From positions 248,001 through 312,000 of the forward strand of contig NW_025767021.1 in the NCBI RefSeq assembly GCF_003918875.1: a stretch of 64,000 bases of DNA, written 5' to 3'. The stretch's first letter is position 1. The number at the start of each line of letters is the position of its first letter. Positions 13,954 through 27,635 of the stretch are shown piece after piece. A program made the translations under genes and the position numbers. This DNA is from Haliotis rubra. Lineage: Eukaryota. Under the pieces are notes generated by a model. It saw nothing but the letters and a program-made list of their open reading frames with translations. It ran no database searches and was not told the DNA's origin.

Positions 13954-14597
13954 ACAGCAGTGCTCAGGACACTCAGGCTAACAACCAAATTGATCACAGC
14001 ATGAAAATCTCCACCTTCTAAACACTGTCCATGTCAGAGAACTCAAAATATTCTTTGATGCATCAAACAGTGTGAACTTGTTGCTTCACACAATGAAGGC
14101 CTGTCCATCTGATGCATGTATGTTTCTTTAATATGTTCAGTGGGACTTGTTTATCACATGCTGAAACTGAAAAGAATGTATCAGTCATGGGTGACTTTTC
14201 ACTTCCATAATAATACAGAAATACATTTCATAAAGTATTTATGTGTACATAACATGTTTTATTGTATAAAGTTGACATTATCTTGAGTTACGTTGTCTGT
14301 TTTCAATAAGGTCTACTGAACATCAAGCCAAGAAAAACTGAACCAGATAAGCATAAAAAACATTGGTATACACAGGTTTTGAATACGTCTCAAGCCATTG
14401 ATTGGAGGTCACACCTATTCTGATTTCTTTTTGTCATGATCAAATTGTGCAGCAACATTGGACAGTTGAAATACACCTTTTTCCTTATCATGACTCATGT
14501 TACATGCTTATCTCCCTTTTTCCTTCGAACAGTAGTGGAAACATTTTCATTTTTAATAAAAGGTGAAGATGCACCATTTTCCATCCCTTGTCAAATA

Positions 14598-15092
14598 ACT
14601 GTGGGCGAGCTGGCTAAGGCGCCAGGCTAGTGATCCAGCGAGCATGAGGTGCCGGGATCGAGCCCACCTGTGACGGGTGTAAAATCCTTGGAGTCAACCT
14701 TGTGTGCAGATTCTTTCCCTAATGTACAGTACACAACCCGGTGTACTTAAAAGAACCCACGAATCCGTTGGTATATGACCAGATGGTGGCCACATGAATA
14801 CGTGCAAACACCTAGTTGCGGGTACAGCAACGTGCAGTAAACTTGGACAAAGTCCTGTGACTATGTGTCCCAGTCCACCCAGCTGTGAATTGGGTACCTC
14901 GTAAGGATGGGAAAGCCGCAATAACTCGGTGCGCCTTGTGGCAGCAAGAGTTGTATGGTCCCCAGGGAGCTGAGATTGATAATAAGATGTGCAACTGACA
15001 TCAAATGATCGTGGGGAAAATACCAGCGCCATGAGCATGCACTAGTGCGTGGATATGTGCGCTATATAAATATCCAATAATAATAATAAAAA
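14598..15092 (+). mobile_element. Long tRNA-derived SINE with an L2-type 3' tail
   Basis: 5' tRNA-like head (gagctggctaaggcg...gggatcgagccc), central gtccacccagctgtgaattgggtacc block, 3' gcgctatataaat followed by (aat)n. Confidence 0.7.
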
Positions 15093-15926
15093 AGCATATT
15101 TTGTTTAAACGTGTTCATTTTCCTCTTATCAGATGTTTCATCAAATTTTTAGAGCTTGATTTAACTTTATGAAACCCTTGAATGTGATATGTGACTTAGT
15201 TTTTAATGATTTTCACTTTTATCATGTGTAATGTCTTATGTACAAGCAGACATTTTGTGAATAGCTGCAAAACTGCTGATCTGGCATTAAGTAACATTCA
15301 CTCACTAACACAAAGTAAACACTTCAAATTATGTCATAATGGGCTATGTCATGTTGATGTTTAAATTACCTCCCCCTATGGTCTAATGTATCCTTAGTAA
15401 CACTGTTCTGTCAATCAACTTAGCCCATCCTCATCTATTATCGATCGTTGAAACAGTTGGTTTACTCCCAAAAGTCAGACAAATCAGTGACTGTGATTAC
15501 AACCTAGTCCTACCCACTCATATAATGAACCTGTCCCATCCACTAACGAGATGGTTTTCACGTTTGTACAGAAATTCTTTAATCAGAATACTAATGTTGA
15601 CTGGCTTACTCAGTCACTGGGTTCTCCAAATGTGTTTTCACAATGTTCAATTTTATCATAACAGGATTATGGATTGTTTTGAGAGTGAAAATGAACGTTG
15701 GAAATGTTGTTAATAACAAAAGACAATAAATAATGCTGTACAGTAAAGAACGGATTGCCCGAACACATCATGGAAGACATCACATGACAACAACAAAATT
15801 CATGCACAACACACACGAAAAGCACAAATTGCATGTGTAAAACATGTTTATTAGGGGTATAAATGACCGTCGACAAAAAAGCGTTCTCATTTTAGCTGTA
15901 CCTCCGAAAGTTAAGTTTATTTTGCA

Positions 15927-16837
15927 ATGCCAAGATTGTCACCAGAGGAATGAGAACAGGCGTTGGGCATGTTGCAGGTTGGCACATCAAGCAGGATTAT
16001 TGCCAGACGATTTGGTTGCCATCATTCCACCATCATAAGACTTGCCAACAGGTACCAACAAACAGGGACCGCCAACGTCTGGCCAGGCACGTGTTACCAC
16101 CCCTCGCCAAGATCGAGACATTGTTCAGCGCCATATTCGGGATCGTACATTGCCGGCTGCCAGAACCGCTAACACTGTCCAAGGCCGACGTGGTTTGATC
16201 ACTGCTTCCACCTTCTGACACCGTCTCCATGCAGCAGGATTATGTTGGACCCATCCTGACTGATAGACATCGCCGTGAACGCCGACGATGGGCTGAACAG
16301 CATCGTTTGTGGTTGTTACGACGTTCGCATGGTGTTGTGTTCTCCGACGAGTCGCGTTTTCACTTGCAAAATGCTGACGGGCGTCTACCGGTATGGCGTC
16401 GACGGGGAGAACGTTACCATCAGGACTGTGTTGTCACCAGATTTGTCTCCCATTGAACACTTGTGGGATTACATCGGCCAACGCCTCTCACATCGCCCAC
16501 AGATCAGCAACCTTGGGGAACTTGAGAATGCCTTGCAACAATAGTGGAATGCATTGCCTCAAAACATTATTCAGACTGACTTAGTTCAATGAGGAGACAT
16601 TGCACAGCTTGTGTTGCTGCTAACGGTGGTCATACACGTTACTGACTTTCCAATTTGACTCCATCTTTCTTTCATGGTCAGCTGAATTAAAACTTCACTG
16701 TTTTGCTGGATTGGTTCTTGTTTCTTTTCTTTACCAATGATTGGACTACAAAAGTATGTAATATTTACACCGACTGCTCATTTATGCTCTTGGAAATCCA
16801 AACTAATACAGGTGGTGCGTTTCAATGATGTTCACTA
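15927..16837 (+). mobile_element. Tc1/mariner transposase relic (internally deleted, frameshifted)
   Basis: HTH ALGMLQVGTSSRIIARRFGCHHSTIIRL, VVFSDESRF...VWRRRGERY, SPDLSPIEHLWDYIG. TIR-like right end ggtgcgtttcaatgatgttcacTA; left TIR not recognised. Confidence 0.9.
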
Positions 16838-19559
16838 TATGTTCTCTTAACTTTAACTCATTTCTTAACCTTTTATTATGTTCATCATTATTCACTTAAT
16901 AATTTATGTTGTTAAACATAGGTTGGTTGTAAAGCAACATATTAAACTACAATCAAATTGTTTTGTTTCATGTCAAATAAAGTCATTGTCATTCTCCATA
17001 ATCTCTTCTCTTTGTGTTTGGATTAGTATGTTTGGAGTAGTCCATTAATGAACGAAGGTAACAGTGTAGTGAACCTCAGTGCAACCAACCATAACCTTTG
17101 TTGTTTTAACGCGTCTAACTTTTGGGAGGTCACCAAACAGTTTCTTGCACGAGTCCATGAGGTGTTGATAATCATGAGAGAGAAACACAGCAACAGACAC
17201 AATATTGTCCCATTTGCCATTTAATTTTTCCACCCACTTAAACACTACCTTCATAAACAAAATCAAACTGATGCATTTTCTTCCACTTTTGAATCTGAAA
17301 TCGAATTGATTCATATTCTCAGCTGCCAGTGAGATTAAACAATCATAAAAACACCCTTTCAACCAATTCCCACACAGGATGATTACCCCAGACATACCCC
17401 AACCATTGTGTCCTTACCTATCAGCAACAAACACATTGCTGAGATGGGCATTGGTGCTAACAAACTATGTCCCTCATTGGATAAAGAGAAAGTCATCTTT
17501 GAAAATCATACTTCAGCTGCTGATCATGGGGCACTTTGCCAAATACTACGGTCAAACAACAACTGTTGCTCCATCTCCCACACTGACGCTATTTCACATA
17601 CCATGTACATTACCATATAATAAAACCACCACCATCATCAGTTCATGGCTTGCAGTTGCTGCAGTCTGCTAATACTGGTGGTAGAAACATCAGTTTTAAC
17701 TTCTTTAACATCAACAACAAAATACAGTAACTCATAATAACCAATGATGCACAACTGTGACTGTTCTCATCCTACATACTGCTGCTTCATGGGATTAGGG
17801 ATAACTTCACACTGTATAGATAAAATAATGACTTGCATAACATCATTAACTACCTATTCTTTGTTGTTTTGCTTGTTCTGGAGGGTCCATGACAGCTTTG
17901 CGGAAAGTACAAAATTCTGTGCTAAGTTAGAGTAAATTGCACATAATCAACAGAAATTAGGGTCAGTTTTACTTAAAATGTTGAGACACAGGTTGTTTAT
18001 GGATAGCTCTATCCAAATGACAGATAGAAAAACTACAGAAGTTTAGATAAGACAGTAGTTGAGAGAATTATCCACTGACCCTGAACATTTACTAGATAAA
18101 CACCTTGTTCATTGTAAGTTTAAACTTAATCATTTCTTAGTATATTTCACATTTCTCTTACATAAAAAGGGAATTTCACATTTAGTTGATCAGAAGAGGA
18201 TTTCATGTTTAGTTAGGTGCAAGCTAAGTCAATATTTAGGTAACTTTATTACAAAACCATATTTTGTAAAAAGACTTCCCTTCATCCTGCAATGCTGTAT
18301 GAATAACACAATAAATATTGTAATTCTGTCCTACGAGTAAAGTATTCAGATCAAAGAACCCTTACCAGAAGTAGAACCAAGTTGCTTAAATCAAGAAAAG
18401 AGTTTTTTAGTACATACAAAACACAAGCTGTCTGACCACCATTTCTAAGAGGAAAGAAATCCTCACACATTTGCAGTGTGATAAACCTTCAGTTTGGTGA
18501 AACACATTCTTGACACAACCTCAAATCTAAAGTAATAATGAGCATACTCGTAATTATGTTTCCAGTTTGAATAGAATGACATGTACCTGTGGTCTGCAAA
18601 AATACACAAGCTAGTACCTAAAAGGGTTCCACTTCTTGCCTTCGAAGGAAGCGACACACCAAAGTCCAACTTATTATGTTATATGCATTCACTCAATTGA
18701 GCCAATCACAAGCTCAACTTGTTCTTGTTGAATATGTGGTCTGAATTAATAAACATGATATACTACCACAGGGGTTTGTTCAGTTAACATAATGGCAGAT
18801 TTACCTTCAGAATGATCAGTAACCGTGAGGTTCAACCATCAACTCACAGCCTTACCACTTCATTGCCCCACTCAAATGATGTCTATCAAGTATTTAACTG
18901 TAACAGTAAATATCACGTTCAAATTCCACCATACTTTTGTATGATGTGATATCAAATAACTATGGAAGAAATATCTTCACACTATCTGTAAAACGAAAAT
19001 CAGCCATAACGTTCCTTGTCATGGTGCTTCATTCACCTGAAGCAATTTTATTTCTTGAGTTTGTTGCTTCCCTCAGCTATGACCTTGACGTGACTGTGTC
19101 CAGAGTAAAAACAACAAAAATCCATGAGATGTCACTGCACAGTATGGTTTCAAAACAAACTATCACTTCATGTTCATGGAAGATTCCAAAACATACAGTC
19201 ATTCATTCAAGGAAAAGTAACAGAAGGATTTGTTTCAATAATTGTATTTAATTATCCTAGTTTTGCAACCAAACAACCTAATGAAGGAGAGTTTACATTA
19301 GGCTGCAGGTTCAGCTTTCTGCACAGACCAGAAAACAGTCCACCAGTTTCACATACAATACTCATATATACAGTAACCACACGCTCTTCAGTGATGTCCA
19401 CAGTATCAGTTTATTGTAAATGGAGATATTTGACAATACCCCATGAGCAGAAGACAATTTTGAAACTGATTCCCAAAACTGGCCTGATTTGGCAAAGCTT
19501 CTGTTTCAAATAACTGACTTAACATCAAAGACAGTTCAACATCCTAAAGCTGGTGAGTT

Positions 19560-22500
19560 TCATGACACTACAGGAGGTGGAACTGGGTCTGCAAACTCTC
19601 CAAGTGCCTCGTCATAGTAGGCATTCATCCGGAAGGGCTTCAGTTCAAAGGGAGCTCGATCCTCCAGCCTCAGCAAGTTGACGCCGAGATCTTCAAGTGT
19701 GGGGTTTCCAGTCAGTATGTCGGTGATGTGATCCTGCAACAACATGTCCGCCAGATGCAGGAAGTGAAGAAAGTTGGATGTCCTAATGTCAATAGCACTG
19801 CAGCGAGTGAGTATGTTTTTACGACGCTTTTAGCAATATTCCAGCAATATCACAACGGGGGAACACCAGAAATGAGCTTGAAACATTGTACCCATGTGGG
19901 GAATCGAACCCGGGTCTTCAGTGTGACGAGCGGACGCTTTAACCATTAGGCTACCCCACCGTCCCAATGTCAATAGCAGAAGGCACAGAAGTAATTAAAC
20001 CTGCCTAAAACAATGAACCTGTGTGATGAGTGCGATCACATAATTCCCCATTTTACTGGTACTTGGAACAAGATACTGAGAATCCATTCTGTTTTGTGTG
20101 ACTTCATCCACAAGTAAATTGGAATTCTGTCTAGATCATCTACTCATATTGGTCATCCTATTTACCCAACCCTTTCCTATGCCATTATGATGCCTAAATA
20201 CACAAAAGGATTATTGAACAAGATTTCGACAGAGACTGGAGATAATGTTCTTTGATTCTCATTATCGCTATAGGTCTTCACCATCTCAGCAGTTCATGGA
20301 TAATAACTATATCTCCTATGCAAGAACACACTTTATGTTAACTGTTCCTACCTTCTCGATTTTCTCCATGGTATAGACGGGTGATGCTGGAGCCATGGAC
20401 AAAGCCATTGCTTTCATTCTGAAAAGCAGATATATTTTTCGGTACCAAATTTTACAAAACCCAGAAATACTTACTGAATGTGTGAATCAGTACTTAGGAG
20501 TACCTGTCATAACCTTGCCTAGTAACAGACAATTACATTATCACAGGGTACAAGCAACTCAGTGCTGTCCTTGACTGTACCCTTTACAAAGTGTTCCCAT
20601 TATTGAAAAGGGATATTCAATTTTCGAAATTTACCCAAATACTACGCAATAATATGTGTTGAGAATGGAACATCTATCTTAACTTTCAGTTTTATCATAA
20701 AAGGCATTTTTGATATATGTGTATCAAACATACCTGAAAACTGGAGTAAGGTATGACCTCTTGAAGTTCTGGAACCTCATGCATCGGTAGAAATAGTCCA
20801 CTAAATCAGCCAGATAGTAGCGATGTGGCCTGTATATGTATGAATATATGTCAACCTTTCACAAATCACAAACAGATGTACTTGTATATGCATAAAAAAT
20901 ATATACCCGAACAAAATCTATTCCAAAGAGTAGACAAATTAAAGGACATGTTCAATAGAAGTGAAACACTAGAGCACATGAGAGCACACTGACCCCACAG
21001 CATCATATGTTTGTCCAACTGAATCAGGGTTTCTGATGGCCTGGATTACTGCTTCAGCCACATCCGATACCTACAAAACAAACTTTACATTGTGAGTACA
21101 CAAAGATGAGAACATTAAAAAAGTACTACCATAACTGACATTTAATATGCAGAGAGTTCCAAACTATCCAGAGCTGTCATTAACAGCATCTCTACTACTC
21201 AAAACTAGTTAAGCATTAGGCGATTCTTTCAAATTACTGTGATGAGGTGAGGTGAAATAGGGTTTAACATCATACTCGAGAATATTTGCTCAAATGACGA
21301 CGTAAGCTGTTTTTTTAGTGCCAGCTCATTGAGATACCATGCCGCAGTTAAGCATGAATACCCCACTCAGACACATTATACTGACTCCGAGCCGACCAGT
21401 CCTTGTTGTACCCATTAATGCCGAGCACCAGGCAGGGACCAACAAGTACCATATTTTAACATCGTATGGTATGATGCAGCCAGGGAGCAATCCCGCGACC
21501 TTCTGCTCTCCAGGCAGATGCTCTAACCACTACACCACGGAGGTGTTCCATATTACTATGGTTAATCTGCCATGGTCCTTAACTTCTAGTTTAGGAAAGT
21601 CATGGGTTACTGGGAAACAAGAACAAGCACCCAAACAATGGAAGTCTGCAGGCTCAATCCTTGTTGCCAGCCTTGGACATTCTACTAGAATGAGTGAGTT
21701 TGGTTTTACACCGTGTTTAGCAATATTCCAGCAATTCTGGGCTTCACACACTGTCCCCATGTGTGGAATCGAACCCAGGTCTTCGGTGTGACAAGCGAAC
21801 GCTTTCACCACTAGGCTACCCCACTGCCCCTCATTCTTTGCTGTCGACTAATACATGAATAATCGGATTCGAACTCATGACTTACGAAAACTGGCTGCTT
21901 GATAGTGGCATCTCCTTTCTGCCACAATGGCATGGTACCACGCGCTCTCCTGTCTACAAGAGAGTAACAAAATATTCAATCCAAGGCAAACAACCCTTCA
22001 CACGTCATCTTTTGTAAAATGTTAATTTTTTCTGCTAATCAGTATTTTTATTCAAATCTCTCGAGTCATAAACTACATTACAAAAAAGTCATTGGTTCGT
22101 CAGTCTGAATACAAATCAGTATATAAGCATCTTTCACTCAGGATACGTAGTAAGATACTTCATACATGAAAAATATCTTAAACTCTTCAAATTCTTGATC
22201 TACTATCTGCTTGATAACCCCAAACTACATAAGACAAATTCATGAAACGATGTTAAGCCTAAAATATTGTCTGCTTCAGTAAATGCTTCATGCTCCCTTT
22301 AAGAAGGCATTACTTTCAGTATGTAATGTCTAGGCTCCTGTATCCTGATAACTTACAGACACTGGCATAGTATCTAATGAATCGGTCCTCTGCCCCAAAA
22401 ATGTCAGCAGGTCTGAAGATGGTGGCATCAGGGAACTCTTCCCTCACAGCCTCTTCACCAGCATACTGAAGGGAGGCAACATAAGGTGGTTACTCTTTAA

Positions 22501-25500
22501 ATACTTGATTACAGTGGGTGGGTGAGTGAGTGGTTGGGCATTTATGCTGGTTTGACAAGTACTTCTGCTATATCACAGTGTTTCAGTTTGGTGGTACGAA
22601 ATCCTAAGAGATGCATGTCCTATACATTTACCACAATGGTAAAACAAAAATGTTGCTGACAGATCTAGAAACGTAATTGATAAAAACCTGCATTCAAACA
22701 CATGATCATAGGATTCCTACACACGTCAAATTGAGGTGCCTTGGACAACTGGGCACCGGTATCCCTGTTTGATTAACAGATCTACTGGCAGGGTCTAGTT
22801 TTCTTTCTCTCAGAGCATGAACAAATTCCTGAGAAAAAAGAGTCCACGTTTCTCAGTTATCTTATGTATCCAAGTATCATATATCCCTGATATCAATTTG
22901 CCTCCACAGTTTTGTTACAGAAAGTGGAGCTGGCATCTCTATGTTCTAATCTCCTTCTCATATGCTTGAAATCAACAACAAATGAAAACTGTCTCTATTT
23001 CATGTCTCCAGGGATGGAACCCAATCAGAAGCTGAAATGAAAGCTTCCTTTACCTTAGTTCTGAGGAAGCGTGATCCTCCTTTGATGTAAATCTGTTGTG
23101 GATTAGGACTCGCATTGAGGGACGAGAAATGAATGAGCCTCTCCACACCATTCTCACGGGCCAGTCTGGCAATCAGGCGGGCAGTCTCAACATGTACGTC
23201 ATTGTATTTGAAGTTTCTGAAAAAATATTATGAAACTGTGAAGAAAAGTTAACTGTAAACACAAGCAAGATGAGAAAACAAACTGACATCCTAAATGATG
23301 TACCCAAACCGGGTCAAACTTATGACTGACAATAACATGTTATCAGCTGAGAAGTAGAACCTGGACACCTGATAAGCTGCCTGATGCAAGCAGCAAGGTG
23401 GGGCTCAGGACCAACATCTGCCGCTGGAGGAGTATCATTGTCCAATTACAATCATCTTTCAATTACATCAAATTGAGTATTGTTTCACACAGCTTTTAGA
23501 AATATTCCTACAATGTCATGCTTGGGGACACAAGAAATGTTTTGATTATCATAATCATGGTAGTCACAATTCAAACCCAACCAAGACTGTTTGAAATAGA
23601 TCACAAAGCTTAAATGCTCCTTGTCTGGATGCCAGTGGTTAATGGCTATGATTGATAAGGGGTTCCTCAAAACAAATACAGTGGTTGCGAACCTAAACGA
23701 CCCCACAACCTCCTGGTCAGTCCAACCGCCTCAATGGTGTAGTGGTTAGAGCGTCCGCCCGGAGAGCGGAAGGTCGCAGGTTCGATCCCCGACCGCGTCA
23801 TACCAAAAGACGTTAAAATATGGTACTTGTTGGTCCCTGCCTGGCGCTCGGCATTAATGGGTACAACAAGGACTGGTCAGCTCGGAGTCAGTATAATGTG
23901 TCTGAGTGGGGTGTTCATGCTTCACTGCGGCATGGTATCTCAGTGGGCTAGCACTATAAAACCAGCTTCAGTCTTGGCTAGTACAAGCAGACGCACATAC
24001 ACATAAAAATGCATGCACGTCGTCATATGAGCGAAATATTCTCAAGCATGACGATAAACCCAATTTCACCTCACCTGGTCAGTCCAATATTTTCAATTTC
24101 CCAAATCATGTAAATATTTGTTTCATATCAGTGAGGCTGGTGGATAAGAGTCCTACTACTCCTATAATTCAGATTGAAATACTGGCTGCTACTTGTATCA
24201 ATCACTTGAGCACCATTGCTTTCAAGAGTGAAGAAAGCATTGGAACAACATAATACCTACACTGTACAGCACACTGTCATCTATAAAGCAACCACACTTA
24301 TAATGGGAAATCCCTGCAGAAACCATTAAAACAAAATATTAGTTAATTGCTATTTTGGACAAATACAAAGTTGCACTGACAAACATTAGAACTGAACTGG
24401 CCTTCAAATTCAGTGGAACCTGAAATAGATTGTAAGCAATTCTACTCTATGTATAGTTGGACCTCCTTTCATAAACCTTCTTTCTTGGAACCAAAAAAAC
24501 CATTATAGATGGTAACATAGATTAATTGCCATCCCCCTCCAAGATGTTATTCTTGTAGTGACTCCTTTGGCTCCAGATTTGTTTAATGCTTAGGACACAT
24601 TAAATCCAATAAGTTATTTATATTTGGGCAGATAGTGTTACCTTGTTTCCCAGTCTCGTCCAATCAGATTGATGACAACATTGGAGTGCTGCAAAACCTT
24701 CCTCACAGAGTCGTCATCACCGAATGGAGTATGGCTGGAATACAACACAAGAGTCACTCACTGCATCCGTATAGCACATTGGCTACTTTCAAACAAAACA
24801 GGACAGAAATCCTTGACTCTTAAATTTATAAAGTTATTAATAATGTGAATGATGAATCTTAAAATGAAACCACTGACCCGACAAAACAGAACTTACAAAG
24901 AACAAGATCTGTCCCAAATCCCCAGACAACTTGAGTCTCTGAATGTCAAGTGGTTCGCTGCGGTAGGGGATAATCACCTGCGACCCTACTTTCCCTGAAA
25001 AATGCAATTATAATTTTGATGATACTCCTTACACATCCCTGTGAATGATGTTGTCATTTAACAATATAGATGTGTTGATATTGATCTACTTACACATATA
25101 CATTGAGCTGATGATATCATTAATAAAGATGATAAAAATGTCAATCAAATTAGCTATTTTTTATATCTATGTTATTTCTGTTCTAATTCTAAATTTTAAG
25201 ATTGTTAGCTGAATAAATATTCCAAAACTGCTGTGGTTTTAATTGAATATTATTACCTAATCTGTTTACAACATAGCGGCCAACAAACCCAGTTGCACCG
25301 AACACAGTAGCTACAATTCCACTGAATGATGATCTTCCGCCACGACCCCTCTTGTAGGCGGCAAGGTTGGTGCTTTCATCTCTCTTGCTGATATAAACAG
25401 CACTAACCAAGCGAGGTACTGTTGCCTTTCCATGTCCTACACAAACAACATGTTGACAGACATATCAAAAGTAAACAATGCAATAAAAAATGACTAAATA

Positions 25501-26166
25501 ACATTTAAAAACAACCAACACCATAAAGAATATATCAATGCTTCTAGTTCTATACATGATCATTACTAGTGGCAAGGTAACAGAAAATGTGAAGCTTATT
25601 CCAACTTCTGCTGCGCTAAGGTACAATGATCTAGTAGAGTAACTGTTCCATACATATATAGATGTTAATGTTGGCTACGATAAACTGCTTTCTACCCAAC
25701 TGATCAGTAATGTGAGCTACCTAACGACACGATAAATAACCTGGTAGGCCCTTTCAATCTGACACAACTGTCATAACGCCAAAACCTTCCGGTTAATTCC
25801 ATACTGTAGCAGTCTTAGGAAGTGAAACTAGTCCAATAATTCAGAACCAGTGCAATGATGGAAATTCATAAATTGCAGGTTTACCGATACAATACAGTAG
25901 CACCATGATCAGAAAACATCATAACAATAACTGTTCACAAAAAAATAAAGTTTCAACCGGTGCACTGCAATGTTGGAGGTCAAAGGGACGGTACAGGTTA
26001 TTATTGTTACTGTGTAGATGGCTATCAAAATAAAGAGTAAATGTGATTGGTGTTATACTTATGAGCATTTCGACAGATATTAATAATTGCGACTGACAAT
26101 GCAAAAGCTTGGAAACTTACGCCCAACTTGGACGACAGTTTTGGAAACAGTGGCAATCGCCGCCAT
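19560..26166 (-). CDS. NDUFA9: NADH:ubiquinone oxidoreductase subunit A9 (39 kDa), 11 exons; apparent 1-bp insertion in exon 4
   Basis: Exons 26166-26121, 25436-25257, 24994-24897, 24734-24642, 23216-23054, 22465-22357, 21953-21886, 21070-20994, 20829-20734, 20418-20352, 19733-19560. Motifs [64 protein letters not shown]. Exon sizes 98/68/77/96/67 match the vertebrate structure as I recall it. Confidence 0.95.
19798..19965 (-). mobile_element. SINE family A, full length with 13-bp TSD
   Basis: TSD aatgtcaatagca at 19785-19797 and 19966-19978; tRNA A/B boxes on the minus strand. Confidence 0.9.
21244..21545 (-). mobile_element. tRNA-derived SINE family B (V-SINE-like core)
   Basis: Reverse-complement match to the 23726-24073 copy (tggtacttgttggtccctgcctgg, ctcggagtcagtataatgtgtctgagtgggg, tcacctcacct tail). 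Confidence 0.88.
21692..21830 (-). mobile_element. SINE family A copy with internal deletion
   Basis: gagtgagtttggttttacacc...tagcaatattccagcaat...ggaatcgaacccagg...ccactaggctacccc. Confidence 0.85.
23726..24073 (+). mobile_element. SINE family B, full length with 14-bp TSD
   Basis: tRNA head tggtgtagtggttagagcg...ggttcgatccc; TSD cctggtcagtccaa at 23712-23725 and 24074-24087. Confidence 0.92.
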
Positions 26167-26622
26167 ATTGCCGACTCACATTGCACTATGGGAGAATCTT
26201 ATTTCATATGAAGTGAATTTTAATGTGTAGCGCAATACGTATTAGCAAATAAACATTGAATCCGAATTTATAAATAAACCTTTATTATACACGTATATAA
26301 ATTACATGCATGCGATATCGGACCAAAATTACGGACACATGCAAAATATTTACGTACGGCCCAAACCGGAATGGGAATGATGAAAATCAAAAGAACATTC
26401 GAATTTGTGCAGCATTTCATTAAATTCTTGACATTTAATTCGGTTTTTAATTTGAAATGTACATAATGAACCGTTACTTTTGTATGACATCAGCCTTCCC
26501 TTCCTTTTTCAAAATTCATTCTCCGTTTTAAAGTTTGTTTGTGAAAACCACAGTCTTCACAAGTTGCAGCCACCAACCACGATCATTTAACAATTTTTTA
26601 AAAGAAAATCGAAAAGAATTTG
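26158..26622. promoter_or_regulatory. Bidirectional promoter NDUFA9/TXNL4A, including a putative TXNL4A non-coding exon 1 ending at 26622
   Basis: YY1-type AANATGGCGGC over the NDUFA9 ATG; ZNF143/Staf-like ctcccatagtgcaatgtg (26177-26194, minus); pyrimidine-rich initiator-like ccttcccttcctttttc at ~26495; donor ttg|gtaagt at 26622/26623; acceptor tttcag(acag) at 28666/28670. Confidence 0.6.
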
Positions 26623-27193
26623 GTAAGTGTTTTATTTCACCATTATATAACATTCTAACATTTCGATACATCATAATTCATTCTAACGGGAGTTAAGATT
26701 GTGATCACCCAAACAAGTTAATGTGCTTATTATTTCGTGGTGGGAGCGTTTGATTTACGTTTGTGTGGCTCAGAACGACGGCTTTGGCGTTCGTTCATTT
26801 CTTTATTTACCCACATGTCGGTACTGAATTTTCAAGGCACTCCACAGTGATACCACCGATAAGCCAAATATCTGTATGTGTCTCTTATCTTGTATAAGTG
26901 TATCAGTACTCATTATCCAATACGATCGATTTATATAGCTATAAAATGTACATAACACACTAATTTATGTTTAACTGGTTTTAAGAATTTTTACCATTAC
27001 AGTTATTCAATACCTGCTAATAAATGTTAGGTACACAATGAATGTACAAGATAGCATATCATGTGGATGATTTTACAAAATGTTCTGTATAGATATATGC
27101 AACTAAAATGAGAAACTCCTTCAAGTTAACTATTGACTGAAATACCAGATCCTAAACCCCACATGATACAGAACCGTAACCTAAATTCGTGAA

Positions 27194-27635
27194 TAACCTT
27201 GATTCATGGATCGCGGAAATTATCATGCTAGCTCGTAAGCCTCGCTGACAAAAAAGTTTTGAATTTCTGCACTACACGCAAGTACACTAAATATAATTGT
27301 CCAGCATTGAGATAAATTGCCCCATATCACTAATACCACCATTACCAAATTTTATTTTTACAAAATGTCAAGTAAAATGTCAAGGTTGCTAGCTCCAACC
27401 TTCTCACTTCTCGTTGTCTGTTTTCCTTGGTGTCAGTACTTCTGAATTGGGATGTTGTACATAGTGGTATAAAGTAACCGACTACATAATCCACAAATCA
27501 AGGAATATTAGGCATTTTCATATTATTTCAATTTGCTGATACAATGAATAAAATAATCAGTGCGATACAAAATATAATCATGCATTTAAAATATGAATTT
27601 CGCCACACTTCCCTTATATCCATGAATCAAGGTTA
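27194..27635. mobile_element. MITE with 18-bp TIRs
   Basis: taaccttgattcatggat ... atccatgaatcaaggtta, perfect inverted termini. Confidence 0.75.

Noticed and set aside
17023-19513. Assorted 60-130 aa ORFs between DNAI7 and NDUFA9
   Set aside because: No recognisable motifs or consistent splice pattern; probably 3'UTR or decayed repeats.
23726-23800. tRNA gene candidates (also 51222, 19798, 5057)
   Set aside because: The A/B boxes continue into SINE bodies with tails and TSDs; no complete cloverleaf or terminator.
24716-24720. In-frame TGA in NDUFA9 as selenocysteine or readthrough
   Set aside because: The conserved downstream sequence is in another frame, so this is an indel rather than recoding.
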